Part shown: in pieces, positions 1 to 12,483 of the stretch
Numbering within the stretch: the stretch's first letter is position 1
How the letters are laid out: each line of letters opens with the position of its first letter
Assembly: GCA_002245135.1 (NCBI GenBank)
Contig: NGBS01001185.1
Coordinates: 62,001-126,000, forward strand
DNA length: 64,000 bases
Direction of reading: 5' to 3'
Source: Proteromonas lacertae
Lineage: Eukaryota
The notes under the pieces: generated by a model
Told to the model about the DNA's origin: nothing
Seen by the model: the letters and a program-made list of their open reading frames with translations, nothing else
Databases searched by the model: none
Made by a program: the position numbers and the translations under genes

Positions 1-1482
1 AACCATCTGGCAATGAAGGATTGATTGAAAATTCACATCGATTTTCATCAAATGAAGGAATTATTGATATTTCTTCATGTAATCCTAATAAATATTCTGA
101 TTGAGGATATGAAAATGATGAGATTTCTTTTGTTTTTAATTCTTTCAATAATTCTTTATCTTTCATTATTATAATCATTTCTTCTTCTTCTTCGAAACTC
201 AGTTTATTCTCTTTTATATATTCTATTAATAATTCTTTAGATTTGGAATTTAGATAATTATCTTCATTCAATATTCTAAAAAGAATCTCTTTTCCACATA
301 CTTCTTCTATTATTGAAATATCCTTTTTATCATCAACAAACAAACATAAACATTTCATTGTTCGATTTCTTTTATTCTCATTATATTCTATACATAGTCT
401 TTCCAATAGATTTCTCTTTTCGATATTTGAGATATATTCTATTTAAATATATTTTTAGTATTTATACTTTCCATTTTTACATTTTTATATTTCATTATCA
501 TCAATACTATTTCCATCATTTTTATATTATTCATTTCTAATATACACATTATTTCATCATTCAATTCTTCTTCTTCCATTCTATCCAATATTCCTCTTTC
601 TTCTTCATTAAAATCTTCTTCTTTATTATCTTCATTGTAATTGTTGATTATTACATTTTGAATTCTCTCATCTTTTATACAATATATTTCTATATGATTC
701 TTACTTTCATTTTTCTTCAATTCTATTTTCATTTCTTTCAACATTTCTTTATTCTCTTTTTCTATCTCTTTCTCTTTTATCTTTTCACAATCGATATCTT
801 CTTCTATCAATTGTTTAAAATCTGCTTTAATATCTTTATTATCATATTCTCATTCTTTTGGAATTTATACCATTCAAATAAACGATTTAATAACCATAAC
901 TCATTCACGATTATCACATCTTTCATATTTAATATCTCACTCAAATTATTCATTTCTAATCTCAACAAATATTCATTCTTATATAAATATTTATATCCTC
1001 GCTTTTCTATTTCCATATTTTTCAAGTCTTCTATCTCTCTCAAACATCCACCAAATACATTACATATATGAATTAACTTCATTAACACATCTTCATCTAT
1101 ATTATTCTTCAAAAATTCATAACAATCATTTATTATCTCTTTTTCACAATAACATAAACAAAACATCAACACTTCACACACATTCTCTTTACAGATTATC
1201 AGTTCACCACCACTGTAGTATTTCTCCATCTCATAATAACCAATTTCTTCGATTTCTTCATATAACTCCAAAACTCCAACAAACTTACGATCTAACAACA
1301 GTTTCTTGACAGTTTCATTTCCATTCACTAAAATTGACTTGATTGACATTATTCGATTATCTCCAATCTTCACTTCTATATCACCAAAACCACTTTCAAC
1401 CAATTTTCGACATAATCTATCATAAAAATAAATATAAAACATACCCCTCTTCTCTTATGCTTTTATTCACTTTTATTATCAT
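1..1482 (-). CDS. BTB/POZ-BACK domain protein, frameshifted, 3' part unresolved at window edge
   Basis: ATG at 1482 and a short GT-AG intron (~1418-1444) lead into GFGDIEVKIG...ELIICKENVCEVLMFCLCYCEKEIINDCYEFLKNNI, a BTB+BACK-like pattern. One missing A at ~810 joins ORFs 807..1442 and 439..810. Further breaks occur below 440. Confidence 0.55.
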
Positions 1483-1743
1483 CTTTATGTAAATATATAA
1501 CAAAAATAACGAAATTTGATTTTTATCAAAATTTTGAATAACCCAAAACTTAAAATGTGATTTAATTTAATTGCAGAAGGTGTGATAAAGACAATACTGT
1601 CACTATATTTAAATTTAGTACAGACAATATGTTGTTTGATAGTATAGTAATGCAAAATATATATGTTAGTAATTATAGATATGGAAGAAACGCTAATAAC
1701 ATATATATATAAGAACAAACTATATTAAAGTATAATTAAAATA

Positions 1744-3016
1744 CTACTTCTTTACTTCATCATCCAAACATATTTCTTCCCCTCTATCAAAATATTTCCA
1801 TCCTTTCAATAATTTATTACCCAATATTGTCGCTCCCATCGCATTAGAGCCATCGATTGGAACTATTTCTTGATCTATAAATATACTAGTAGGAAGTAAT
1901 TCTTTTAAAGATTCTTTAATTTTTGGAATTCTACTGCTTCCTCCGACTAAACAAATACCATAAATTTCTTCATTGTTATTCTCATATATTAATTTTTGAA
2001 CAATTTCCATTGTTTGTTGAATTTTTGGCAAAATCAACAAATTCATCTCATCTCTTGACAATATTGGAGTTTGATTAAATCTTTTAAATAACGAACATGT
2101 TTGAAGTCTTGAATATTCAGAACTACTTAAGTCACACTTCAATCTTTCACAATCATAAATTAATTTATTAAATTCATGTTTTTTTTCAGCTTCACCTTCT
2201 TCTTCAATATCAGTGAAAGACACTGATCTGTACAAATCGCAAAAATATCCAATAATTATATCCGTTAAATCATTTCCACCAATTAAACTATTTCCACTAT
2301 GATTCAATACGGATCATTGTCTTATTAATTTCATTAACATTTACTATATATGCATCAAATGAACTACCACCAAAATCATAGATTAAGACGTTATGGTTCA
2401 TTATTTTTATACTCCTTTTTATTCTCTCAAATTCATATTTTGCTACTATACTTATACCATCACTAACAACTTGAACTATATCAATTCCTGCTTTATGAAT
2501 GGATTGATATAATGCTGTATACTGTTGAGGAGGATAAGAAGATCTAATTGTGATTATTCCTTTTGATCTTTTGCCAATTTGATTATGAATAAATCTATCA
2601 CCTAATTCTTTACATTGATGTATAATAATTGTTGCTAACTCATCAGGAGTGTAATAGATTGAAGTAATCTCACTTCTGTCTTTGGGATTAGAAAATAAGA
2701 ATCTGTATTTCCATTCACCATCCTTTTCCATTAATTTAAATAAATAATACTTCATACCTTCATTCTCAGAGACTTCTGGATCATATGGTAATCTACCAAC
2801 AAAACGTTTAACAGCATATGCAGTATATGATGGATGAGCTAATAGATTTCTTTTGGGTATATCTCCAACGATAGTCTTCTTAGTTTCAGGATCAAAAGAA
2901 ACATAGGAGTATAGAAAAGGTAAATTTGTGTCAGTAGGTACTAGCTCAACACTAAAACCTCTGTATGCTCCAATTTCACACTTCGTATAACCAAAATCAT
3001 AACCAATGATAGACAT
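1744..3016 (-). CDS. Divergent Hsp70-family protein, nucleotide-binding domain only, with one frameshift at ~2311
   Basis: Motifs IIGYDFG, VKRFVGR, LIYDFGGSSFD, GNSLIGGNDL, CERLKCDLSS and LVGGSSRIPKI. Removing one base at ~2311 fuses the two ORFs (MIVLNHSGNSLIGG). Confidence 0.8.
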
Positions 3017-3394
3017 ATTAAATTTATATTTTCTGAGGTGGAGTTATGATTAAAGTGCATTGAAAGTAGGTCATGAAAGTATATGTTAATGTAACTCATA
3101 CAACTGTTAGTTTATAAACACTAAAATTACAAATCACAGATTTGATTCATCTTAAAAAATAGTTTTTATGGTATAATTTAATAAAAGATCAGATTTTTAT
3201 TTCAAACTCTAATGAATCATTTTTGCTAGTCTTTTACATAGCATAATATAATGAAAAGCAATAAGAAAATTACCCCCTAACAGATATGATTTTTAAATAG
3301 AGTATTTCATACTTATTTGATGGGGTATAAAAATAAAAGTCTCTTAATAATCAATCTTTCTAGAAGCGTATAGTTATTTTGATCTTTTAAAGTA

Positions 3395-4429
3395 ATGAAA
3401 TCTTCATTTCTAGTTATTCTTGGCCTGATATGCATAGCATATGGTGTAACACTTAATGAGGTATCCTGTCAATCAGCCACATCAACTGCTACCTATAATT
3501 TAAACCCTCTAAAATTGCCCTTAGGTCAATATTATATTGTAAATGATTGCAGACTTCTTGAACAGAAAAGAAATGCTACGTATTTATAAATAATAGATAT
3601 TAATTTACTATTATATCTTATAGTTTATACTTTAATTTCTGTGCTGATCTAGAACCACCACAAGTAACTTCAACTTCACATATTTGTAATATTACAGGGC
3701 CAGAAAACAAATATTCAGGACCTGCACAATCCTTTTTAGAAATACAATCAAGTGATGTATGTTATCGTGCTGCAGGTGCTGTTGATAAAGTTAAACCATC
3801 CAACTCAGTTGTTTTCGTTCCATTAGATTCAGCAAATCCAGCTACAGGTATTAAAGTGAGGTTAATAAACGGTGAAAAAGTCGGTGATTTTCTATATGAG
3901 ACTGATATATTGGTTAGTTGTGTAGCAGAAAGAATAGATGGTGACATTCCTAGAGTTGGTATTGTTTTAGTTAAAGAAGAATATACTGTTGAGTTGAATA
4001 TTGATTCACCTTATGGATGTCCAACTGAATGTGTAAATGGCGGTAGTTTATGTGGATTACATGGTGTTTGCAGTTTTGATAGAAATAGTAAAACTTCTCA
4101 TTGTTATTGTAATGATGGATATACTGGAAGTTATTGTACTACAAGTATGAATATATATATATATATATATATATATACATTAATTTATGAATTTATAATT
4201 ATTTTTAATAGAGAATGTATTTTCATGGTTTAATATGACTATTTTGTTCGTTGTTCTTGTTGTATTGCTTGCAGTTATTATTCTTGGATTTGCAATGTAT
4301 ATTTTTTATGATTATATTCTATTTAGCTTTGTTATGTATAACAAACTTCGAAGAATTGATGCTAGAATGAATATTGATGCTTTGAACTCACTTGAGAAAC
4401 AATTTAACCAATTGGGACAACTTGCTTAA
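3395..4429 (+). CDS. Type I membrane protein with MRH (mannose-6-phosphate receptor homology) domain and EGF domain
   Basis: Signal peptide; YNLNPL...LYFNFC...IDSPYGCP MRH pattern; EGF CGLHGVC..CYCNDGYTGSYC; TM helix. Introns 3580-3623, 4145-4211 and 4297-4326. Confidence 0.75.
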
Positions 4430-5134
4430 ATATTAATACATATTTTATTTCAATTTTATTATTATTGAATATTTTTTTTTTTGATTTTATAATTTTTGAA
4501 GATTAATAAACAAAACAGAAAAATAGAAATAGATCTATATATTTTTTTTTGATTTTTATTACATACCAATGGATTGTTACTCTATTTTCAAGCAGAAATA
4601 TATATGATAAGTAAAAGACAATCAATGAAAGAAGAATATTCAAATAAACGTTTTTCGTTCAAAAAGGGTGTTATATGTGATTTATTCATTTTATGCAAAT
4701 ATAACTACTTAACTTGCTAGTACAGATGAATTTAGTTTAGAATATGCAATAGTATTAAGATATAGGAAGAATGATATTAAAAAAACAGATCATTTTTACC
4801 TATTCTGAATATAAGTGGAAAATACACTGAAAAAACATATTCAATCAAAAGTGAGTAATATAGACGATTAATAAGCTGAATGAAACACAAATCAAAACCA
4901 TAAAAACATTTTTAATCTCATGAAAGGGAGTTACATACAATATCCATCATAAAATGCAATGTATCAATGAAAGTCAATATTACAGTTATATTGACTTTAG
5001 AATATTCGAAACGAAAGATCGAGAAATCACGTCGAATCCAGACTATAATATAATTGCATATAAAAATCCTATTTAATTTCAACCAATAAATTCTTTCGGG
5101 GCATTAACATTCATATTCTTTTGCTTGCATAATC

Positions 5135-6229
5135 ATGGGTAAGAAAGACGCTCGTTTATCATTTTGGCAAAACTTTATCTCTGGTGGTTGCGCTGGTGTA
5201 GGTTCAAGATCTATTACATCACCACTTGATGTTGTAAAGATTATGTTTCAAGTAGGTACCTCAGAAACTCACCAAGGTTTCTTTGCTGCCTTCAAGAATG
5301 TATATATAATATTTGATTAATTATTTATTGAATAGATCTACGCTAAGGATGGTATTAAGGGTTTCTGGAAAGGTAATGGTGTTGCATGCTTAAGATTGTT
5401 CCCCTTCAATGCCCTTCAATTCTCTTTCTACAATTTATTCAAAGAATGGACAACTGATCCAGTAACTGGTAAGATGCCAAGCTGGGCCTCAGCTAGTTCA
5501 GGCGCTACAGCTGGTTGTATTGCAACAATTGCTGTATATCCATTGGATTTAATCAAAACAAGATTAACAATTCAATCAAGATCAGGAACTGAAAGAAAAT
5601 ACAACGGTATCTGGGATTGTTTCGTAAAGATCTACAAGCAAGAAGGATTCATGGCTTTATACAAGGGTGTATCTGCATCAATTGCTGGTGTTATTCCATT
5701 CCAAGGATTCACCTTCATGGCATACGAAATCTTATCCGTATTATGGGGAAAACCAAAGAACAAGTTATCAGGTTGGGAGAATTTCGTTAATGGTTGTTTA
5801 TCTGGTGCATTTGCCCAAACATTCTCATTCCCATTCGATACAGTCAGAAAGAAGATGCAAGCTCAATCATCAGCTGGTACAACCAAGACTGATGTACATT
5901 TCAATGGTTTAATTGACTGTTTCGTCCAAACTGTAAAACAGAAGGGTTTATTAGCTTTATGGAGTGGAACTATTGCTAACTTAGCTAAGGTTGCTCCATA
6001 TGCTGGTATTATGTTCTACATCTTCGAATACTGCAAGAGATTCTTCTTATATTCAAATGGTTACACAACAAAGATGTGGAAGGAAGAATTAAGACCAGAT
6101 GTCAACCAAGGATGGAGACCAGACCAAGTAAAAGAATACTTAAGAAACCTAGAAGAACAAAAGAAGACTGGCAAGCCATTAGAAGAATGTCAAAGAATTG
6201 CTGCATCAACCGTCATTGAAAGAGATTAA
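5135..6229 (+). CDS. SLC25A43: Mitochondrial carrier family protein, SLC25A43-like
   Basis: Three carrier signatures (PLDVVK, PLDLIKTR, PFDTVRKK). The N-terminal KKDARL and C-terminal YSNGY..PDVNQ resemble SLC25A43. One intron at 5300-5335. Confidence 0.85.
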
Positions 6230-6430
6230 ACATACAAAATGATATATTAATACATATATCAAGTAACTGAGTCTATTTACGTTATTTGTTGTTGTTTTGG
6301 GCTATTTGTTAATGATATATAAAGGTGGCAAATTTAATGTAAAAGAAATGTGGGGTTATTATTGTTGCGAAAAGGTTGTTTTGTGGGGTAATTTTTTCTC
6401 ATAGTTTTGAAACGTCACTCTCATTTTTAT

Positions 6431-6770
6431 ATGTCAATGCCTAATAGAATTAGTTCCAAAAGTATTAAGAATAAAGCATTTAAATCCACTTCTGAACATA
6501 GTTCGTATAATGTTTAAATATATCGCTAATAGTGCTTTGAATCAACTGCTGAAAGAGGCACAAACATATGCAAGAGTGACTGGTCAAGAAGAGCTGTGCC
6601 CCGATGAAAAATTGAAAAAACTCTACAATAAGAGATCAGGAAGTGAAAAATCAAGTGGTAGGAAGGAATCAAATGCATCAGCAGAAGAAATAGTTGAAGA
6701 TGCGGATGGATTTCGATTTAAAGCCCCATCAATCGACTCTAACGACTGTGAAATTGATGAATTTTTCTAA
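6431..6770 (+). CDS. Small hypothetical protein (~103 aa)
   Basis: ATG at 6431; 28-nt intron 6505-6532 splices in frame to ORF 6510..6770. Confidence 0.5.
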
Positions 6771-6958
6771 TAGGATTCAATTTCGCATATTTAACTCATG
6801 TAAATATATGTGTTGCACGTGTACATACCTACTTTTTACTTCGTGATGCTTATTTATTTAATTATTTGTAATTTTATTCATTTTTCTCTTTAATTTTGCG
6901 TGTATAGGATATAAAACAGCATATATATATATATATATATATATATAAGACATAATAC

Positions 6959-8096
6959 TTAATAATTAAACTCATCATCTCCTTCATCTTCCTCTTCATC
7001 GATTTTTTCCAAAGAATTCACAATTGGCTTCTTCTTGTGATGAGTAGTTGTTGCTTTATGAACATTTTCTTCATAATAAACACCTTCATTTTCTCTTTCA
7101 TTTTCGCCAACTTCTTTTTCTTCTTCTTCTTCTTCATAGTAATCTCCTTCTTCATATTCACCTTCTTCATCATCTTCATAATATTCATCATCATCATCAT
7201 CATCATAACCAACTTCAACTTGTTGTTTCAACCATGTATTCTTTGGGAATAAAGTTGATGGATTTACATTATTAACTGGGTTATTGATATTGTTACTTTG
7301 ATCTGGTGTAAATAGATTTGGTTGTTGTTGATGTGATTGTTGAATTTGTTGTGGATTGCTGATCTTCTTAGCTGTAGTAGTATTAAATTCAACTTTCTGA
7401 ATTTGACCGTCATTATGCTCTTTCCACTTCCTATCCATTTCTTCCACTTCACTTTTCCAATGAGAAATGTGTTTACGGTGAAACCAATACACTATACCAC
7501 AAGATAATAACAAAATTAAAATTGCACCACCAATCAAGCCGAATATCAAGCCTCCCCATTGACTAAGGAAAGACTCAATTTTACAATTATCATTTATATC
7601 ACTTTCACTCCAAGTACCATCAATATTACATAGACGTGTTGGATTACTTTTTGATGTATAATCACCAATACAATTTCCAGTGGAAATTTCACCAGGATTT
7701 GTTTCAGGATAACTAGAAGTGGTAGTTACTACAGCTGGACAAGCAACATCTATTATATAATATAAATTAATGAAAATATATACATATATTTAATTCATTC
7801 ACATTTTCATTATTAAATTTAATTAACAAAGTTGCCATCCTTAAGTTAGTATTTTGTGTAATTCTATTTTCTATCACTTGATTACCTATTTCACTACCAT
7901 TTTGACATATATAATTGAATTTATATATTAATGTTTCAACATCGTCTATCTTTATATACAATTCTAAAGGCAATTCAATTGGTTGATCATCACATGTTGA
8001 ATTTTGATATAATTTGATATATCCACTTACTGACAGTTCATTGTTGATACTTGTAAATTTTAATTTAGAAAGATCATATGCAATGCCAGTATAAGC

Positions 8097-8152
<56 letters not shown>

Positions 8153-10565
8153 TACTTGGTTTATAACATATTCCAGTATAATTTTCCCATTCTCCATATT
8201 CATTACATGCTGCAATTGGTTTTAATATATAATTATAATTATCCAAACATTTACCATCTACATACGTTATTACAGTTGAATCATTTTTATTGGTTATTGT
8301 AGGAGTAGAAATTGGTAAAATATATTTATTAATATTCATCATTGGACAACCAAGAACTATATATAAAGATAAATAAGTATATATACTCAATGAAGATGAA
8401 GTAACTCTAACTTTGTCAGAATGTTGTAATAAAAAGTGAATTTTACTATATTTTACTTCTTTCAAACACATATTATTCAAAGTATATGAATATACTAAGC
8501 CTTGTTTACATTGATATTGTGTTTGGGTTAAGAGATTCAATTCATCTTCATTATTTTCATAATAATAATATAAACTCAACATAGAATCAGTTGGTTGAAC
8601 ATCACTACATGTTGATTCATATAATAAATTTATATTTCCATTTAAACAGAAGTTACTATCATCTTTTAAACTTGTTTTAACATTTGTAGAATCAATTTCT
8701 ATATGATTTATATCATAATAACAAGGATTTGTTATTTCTAACTTATTATTCATTTTACAAATAGCTTTAGGGTATGGATTAGAAATAGATGTGGTTGTTG
8801 TTCCTTCTTTACATTCTCCAGTTATTTCATGAAGATATAAAGATGAACTTTTAAAATTTGAATTTAAAACATTCAATTGAGATGAACAACCAAGTGGTAT
8901 TGATAAATATCCAATAAATGAAGAATCAGATGATAATTTCATTGTTATCGAAATATGCTGGATTTCCAATGATTTAAAAGAGATTTTTGTAGTTGGTTCA
9001 ATTTGTAAGGTTTGTTCACAATTATAAGTTATTTCTTTAAACAATTTTTCTTCATTTTTATTATTATCATTTAAATTTATATAATTATAATAAAATGAAA
9101 TTTTATTACCTTTCACACATTTCTCTATATTTTTATTATTCAATTTTATATTATTGAAATAAAACATTTCATTTTCCATCGTTACACTATTCTCATTTAT
9201 TTCCATTATTAAATCTTTATAATCCTCTTTAATACATCGATAACTTGGAATTTTCCAGTTTCCATCTTCTCCACTACATTCTCTAATCGGTTTTCCACTA
9301 GGACTATTTGCTATGGAATTACTATTACATTTTCCACTAATTTCACCAACCAAACTTACATCCCAATTATCATTCATATCGTTTCTTATTTCATTACAAC
9401 CTAAAACAAATGATATATTTTGAATCACAACTGCATTATCACTTTTTAATAAGAAAAATCCTATATTGTCTGTAGATGGATCAAAACATTTTGATTGGTC
9501 GATTTTAAATTCAATTGTTTTTTGACATTTAAAATCAATATTATTGTCAATTTGAGTTTGAACATTTGATTTGGTTTGATAGTACAAACTCAATTTTCTT
9601 GCTTTTGTAGTTGTTTCATCACAATCATATGGGAAATTGTACAGCACAGCTCCATTAAAACATAATTGATTATTTTCAATAAATTTGTTTATTTTACTAT
9701 CATCATATTTCAATATATTTGTATCAATAGAATTGAAACAACCATTGATTATATTATTATCCCATTCACCATTAATTTTACACTTTCTATTAGGTTTTGA
9801 GGTTGATATTGTATCATTTAAACATATACCTATTCCAGTAGTGTCTTTTAATGTATATGTATTGAATGAAGTAAAATCGACAGTATCTGGTATACAACCA
9901 AATATTATTTGTATTCTGAATATTTCCATATCAGCACCTACTATTTCTAAATACATATCCATTTTGTTAGTTGATATATCTTTATCTTTTTCATCATCTC
10001 TGGCTGTAATTTCTATTGTATCACCGCATTTAAAAGATAGTTCTTTGAATGTGTAATTATGATTATCTGTGTAGTTGTATTTCAACATTACTTTTAATAT
10101 ATCGTTTGATAAGCCTTGACAATCACCATTAAACTGGATTTTTACATATTTATCGATTGTAAAACCATTTTCATTGGCACTACTTGCTTTTGTATAAGAT
10201 GTATCTATTTTAAAACTATCAGCAACTATTATTTATTAGAATAATTATGATAATGTATACTTCTGGGATAGCAAGGTGGAGAATTTTCAGCCCATGTTCC
10301 ATCTGCATTACACTTTCGTGTAGTTTTGCCACTGTTAGTACTGGTGTAATTTCCAGGACATACTTTTGTGTAAGGGCCAGCTGGACTAGCTGGCCAAAAT
10401 ATACCATTGTGTAACTGTTCAGGGCACACAACTGTATCAGCTGCTATTCTACTTTTAACATCTTCTCTAATGTGACGAGCTTTTACGAAATAAACTATTT
10501 AGCATTATAGAATGGATTTTTATACTACTAATGGACAATACTAAAAATAAATAAAAATATCCCAT
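6959..10565 (-). CDS. Type I membrane protein with repeated hormone-receptor (HRM)-like Cys modules and an acidic cytoplasmic tail
   Basis: Signal peptide MGYFYLFLVLSISIYFVKA after splicing; about six repeats of C..W/Y..T/S..G...C......R.C...G.W; TM helix GLIFGLIGGAILILLLSCGIVYWF; several short introns. Confidence 0.7.
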
Positions 10566-10668
10566 TCAACAAAAACTGAATAAATTCAAAAAAACAGAAA
10601 ATTTTTGTTTCAATAATTTGTTCGTTTTATTTAAATGTTTTTTGAATTTTAATTTATAGAAATATACA

Positions 10669-12450
10669 ATGAGTAGAAGAGTATTTTGTTGTCATTTATA
10701 CTATATAGAATGATGTATATGAAAGATTATATGAAAATCCACCACGAAGACCCAAGATTACAAGGTTATGTGTTAGAACTCAACCAGTTGAAATAGATTA
10801 TGAGCCAGAAATAGTAAATACTGTATAAATACTAAAATGGTAATATCATATAGACAGTAATTGCAGATGAAGATGAATTAGAGATGTACAAAGAAGAAAA
10901 CCAAGTATTGAGAGGAGTTTACATTGATGCAGTGAATTATAGATATCAATACAATGAATTATTACAAAAATACAAATTAATTGAAGTATAATCTAATGTA
11001 CTAAATTTCAAATAGGAAGAAGTTCAAAAATACAAAGATTTAGTAAGAGAAGTATCATTGAATCAAGATTTAGACTATTTCAAGAAAGAATGTGATAATC
11101 AAAAAGATATAAATGAACAACAACAGCAAGAAATAGAATTCCTAAAAGAAAAGATTAAGAGAATCCAAAACCAAAACTCCAATGAATTTAAAGGGCTTGA
11201 GGAACAGCTTGAAAGATTTCAAACTCAACCAGAAATACTATTAGAAGAATGTGAAGGATGTAAAAATAGACAAAAAGATATAGACAAATTAGCCAATGAA
11301 ATTAGTCGATTAAAAGCATTTCAAAATTTTAATCCGTTACAAAATCAACAATTTCAATTTGAACTTTCACCACCACCACCACAACAACAACAACATTCTA
11401 TTCATAATAATAATAATAATAATTTACTTCAACAACCAAATCATCCTATTTCTTCTTCTTCTTCTTCTCAAATAAATGTAAATAATAATAATAATAATGA
11501 TTATGATAATGATTTCCCACTAAATGCAGAAGAAATGAGAAGAGTGGAAATGTATTTATCTAAAAATGGTGTAAAAGGAGTAAGTGTAGGTGAAGAAATT
11601 TTTACACCAAAAATGTATGAATTTATTATTTTTTAATATAATAGTAATCCATTCAGTAATATTGATTTAGAAAAGATAAACAATATTGAGAATATGAAAG
11701 AAAATTATAACCTATTAAAATCTGATTTTAATCATTTAAAAGAAAGATGTGAAAGAGCAGAAGAAGAATATAAAAAGAATAAATTGATTGCATTATTATA
11801 TTATCAAAAAGCAAGAAAAATGAATGTTAATAAAACAGCATTAACTGAGTATATATATATAATACATTTTTCTTGTATATTTTTGTATTTTTTTGTATTT
11901 TTTTGTATTTTTTTGTATTTTTTTGTATTTTTTTGTATTATTATTAAAATAGTAAAGAAATAATCGATATGCAAGAAAAGATCGATCAACAAGCCAAAGA
12001 AATCAGGCAATTACGTGATCAAGTGAAAGAATATCGAAAGAAATATAATATAAATGATAATAATGAAATAGATTCACTCGGTTCATCAATATCCATAGAT
12101 AATAATAAATATAATCAATTGATGTTAAAACCAACAGATATAAAGATATTGGATAATGAAATTGATTATAATAATATTAATGTTATATTTGATTGTAATC
12201 CTTTTGAAAATATTGCAGTTGTATATATATATTTTTTTCTTTTTTTCTTTCTTTTTTCTTTTTTTATTTTATTTAGAAAGCAATCTCCATACTTGATCAT
12301 AATTGTAATTATATGATTTGTACACTCAAAATGGATTTAATGGAAATAATCTGTGAAACAACCTTTCATATTGAAATATATGATAATAATAATGAAAAAA
12401 TAGCAAATAGTGAAGTTTTATTGAAAGAATTCTTAATGACAAATGTATAA

Positions 12451-12483
<33 letters not shown>

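Noticed and set aside
1485..1718. Short hydrophobic ORF from the track
   Set aside because: It has AT-rich F/I/Y composition, no motif, and sits in the gap between two genes.
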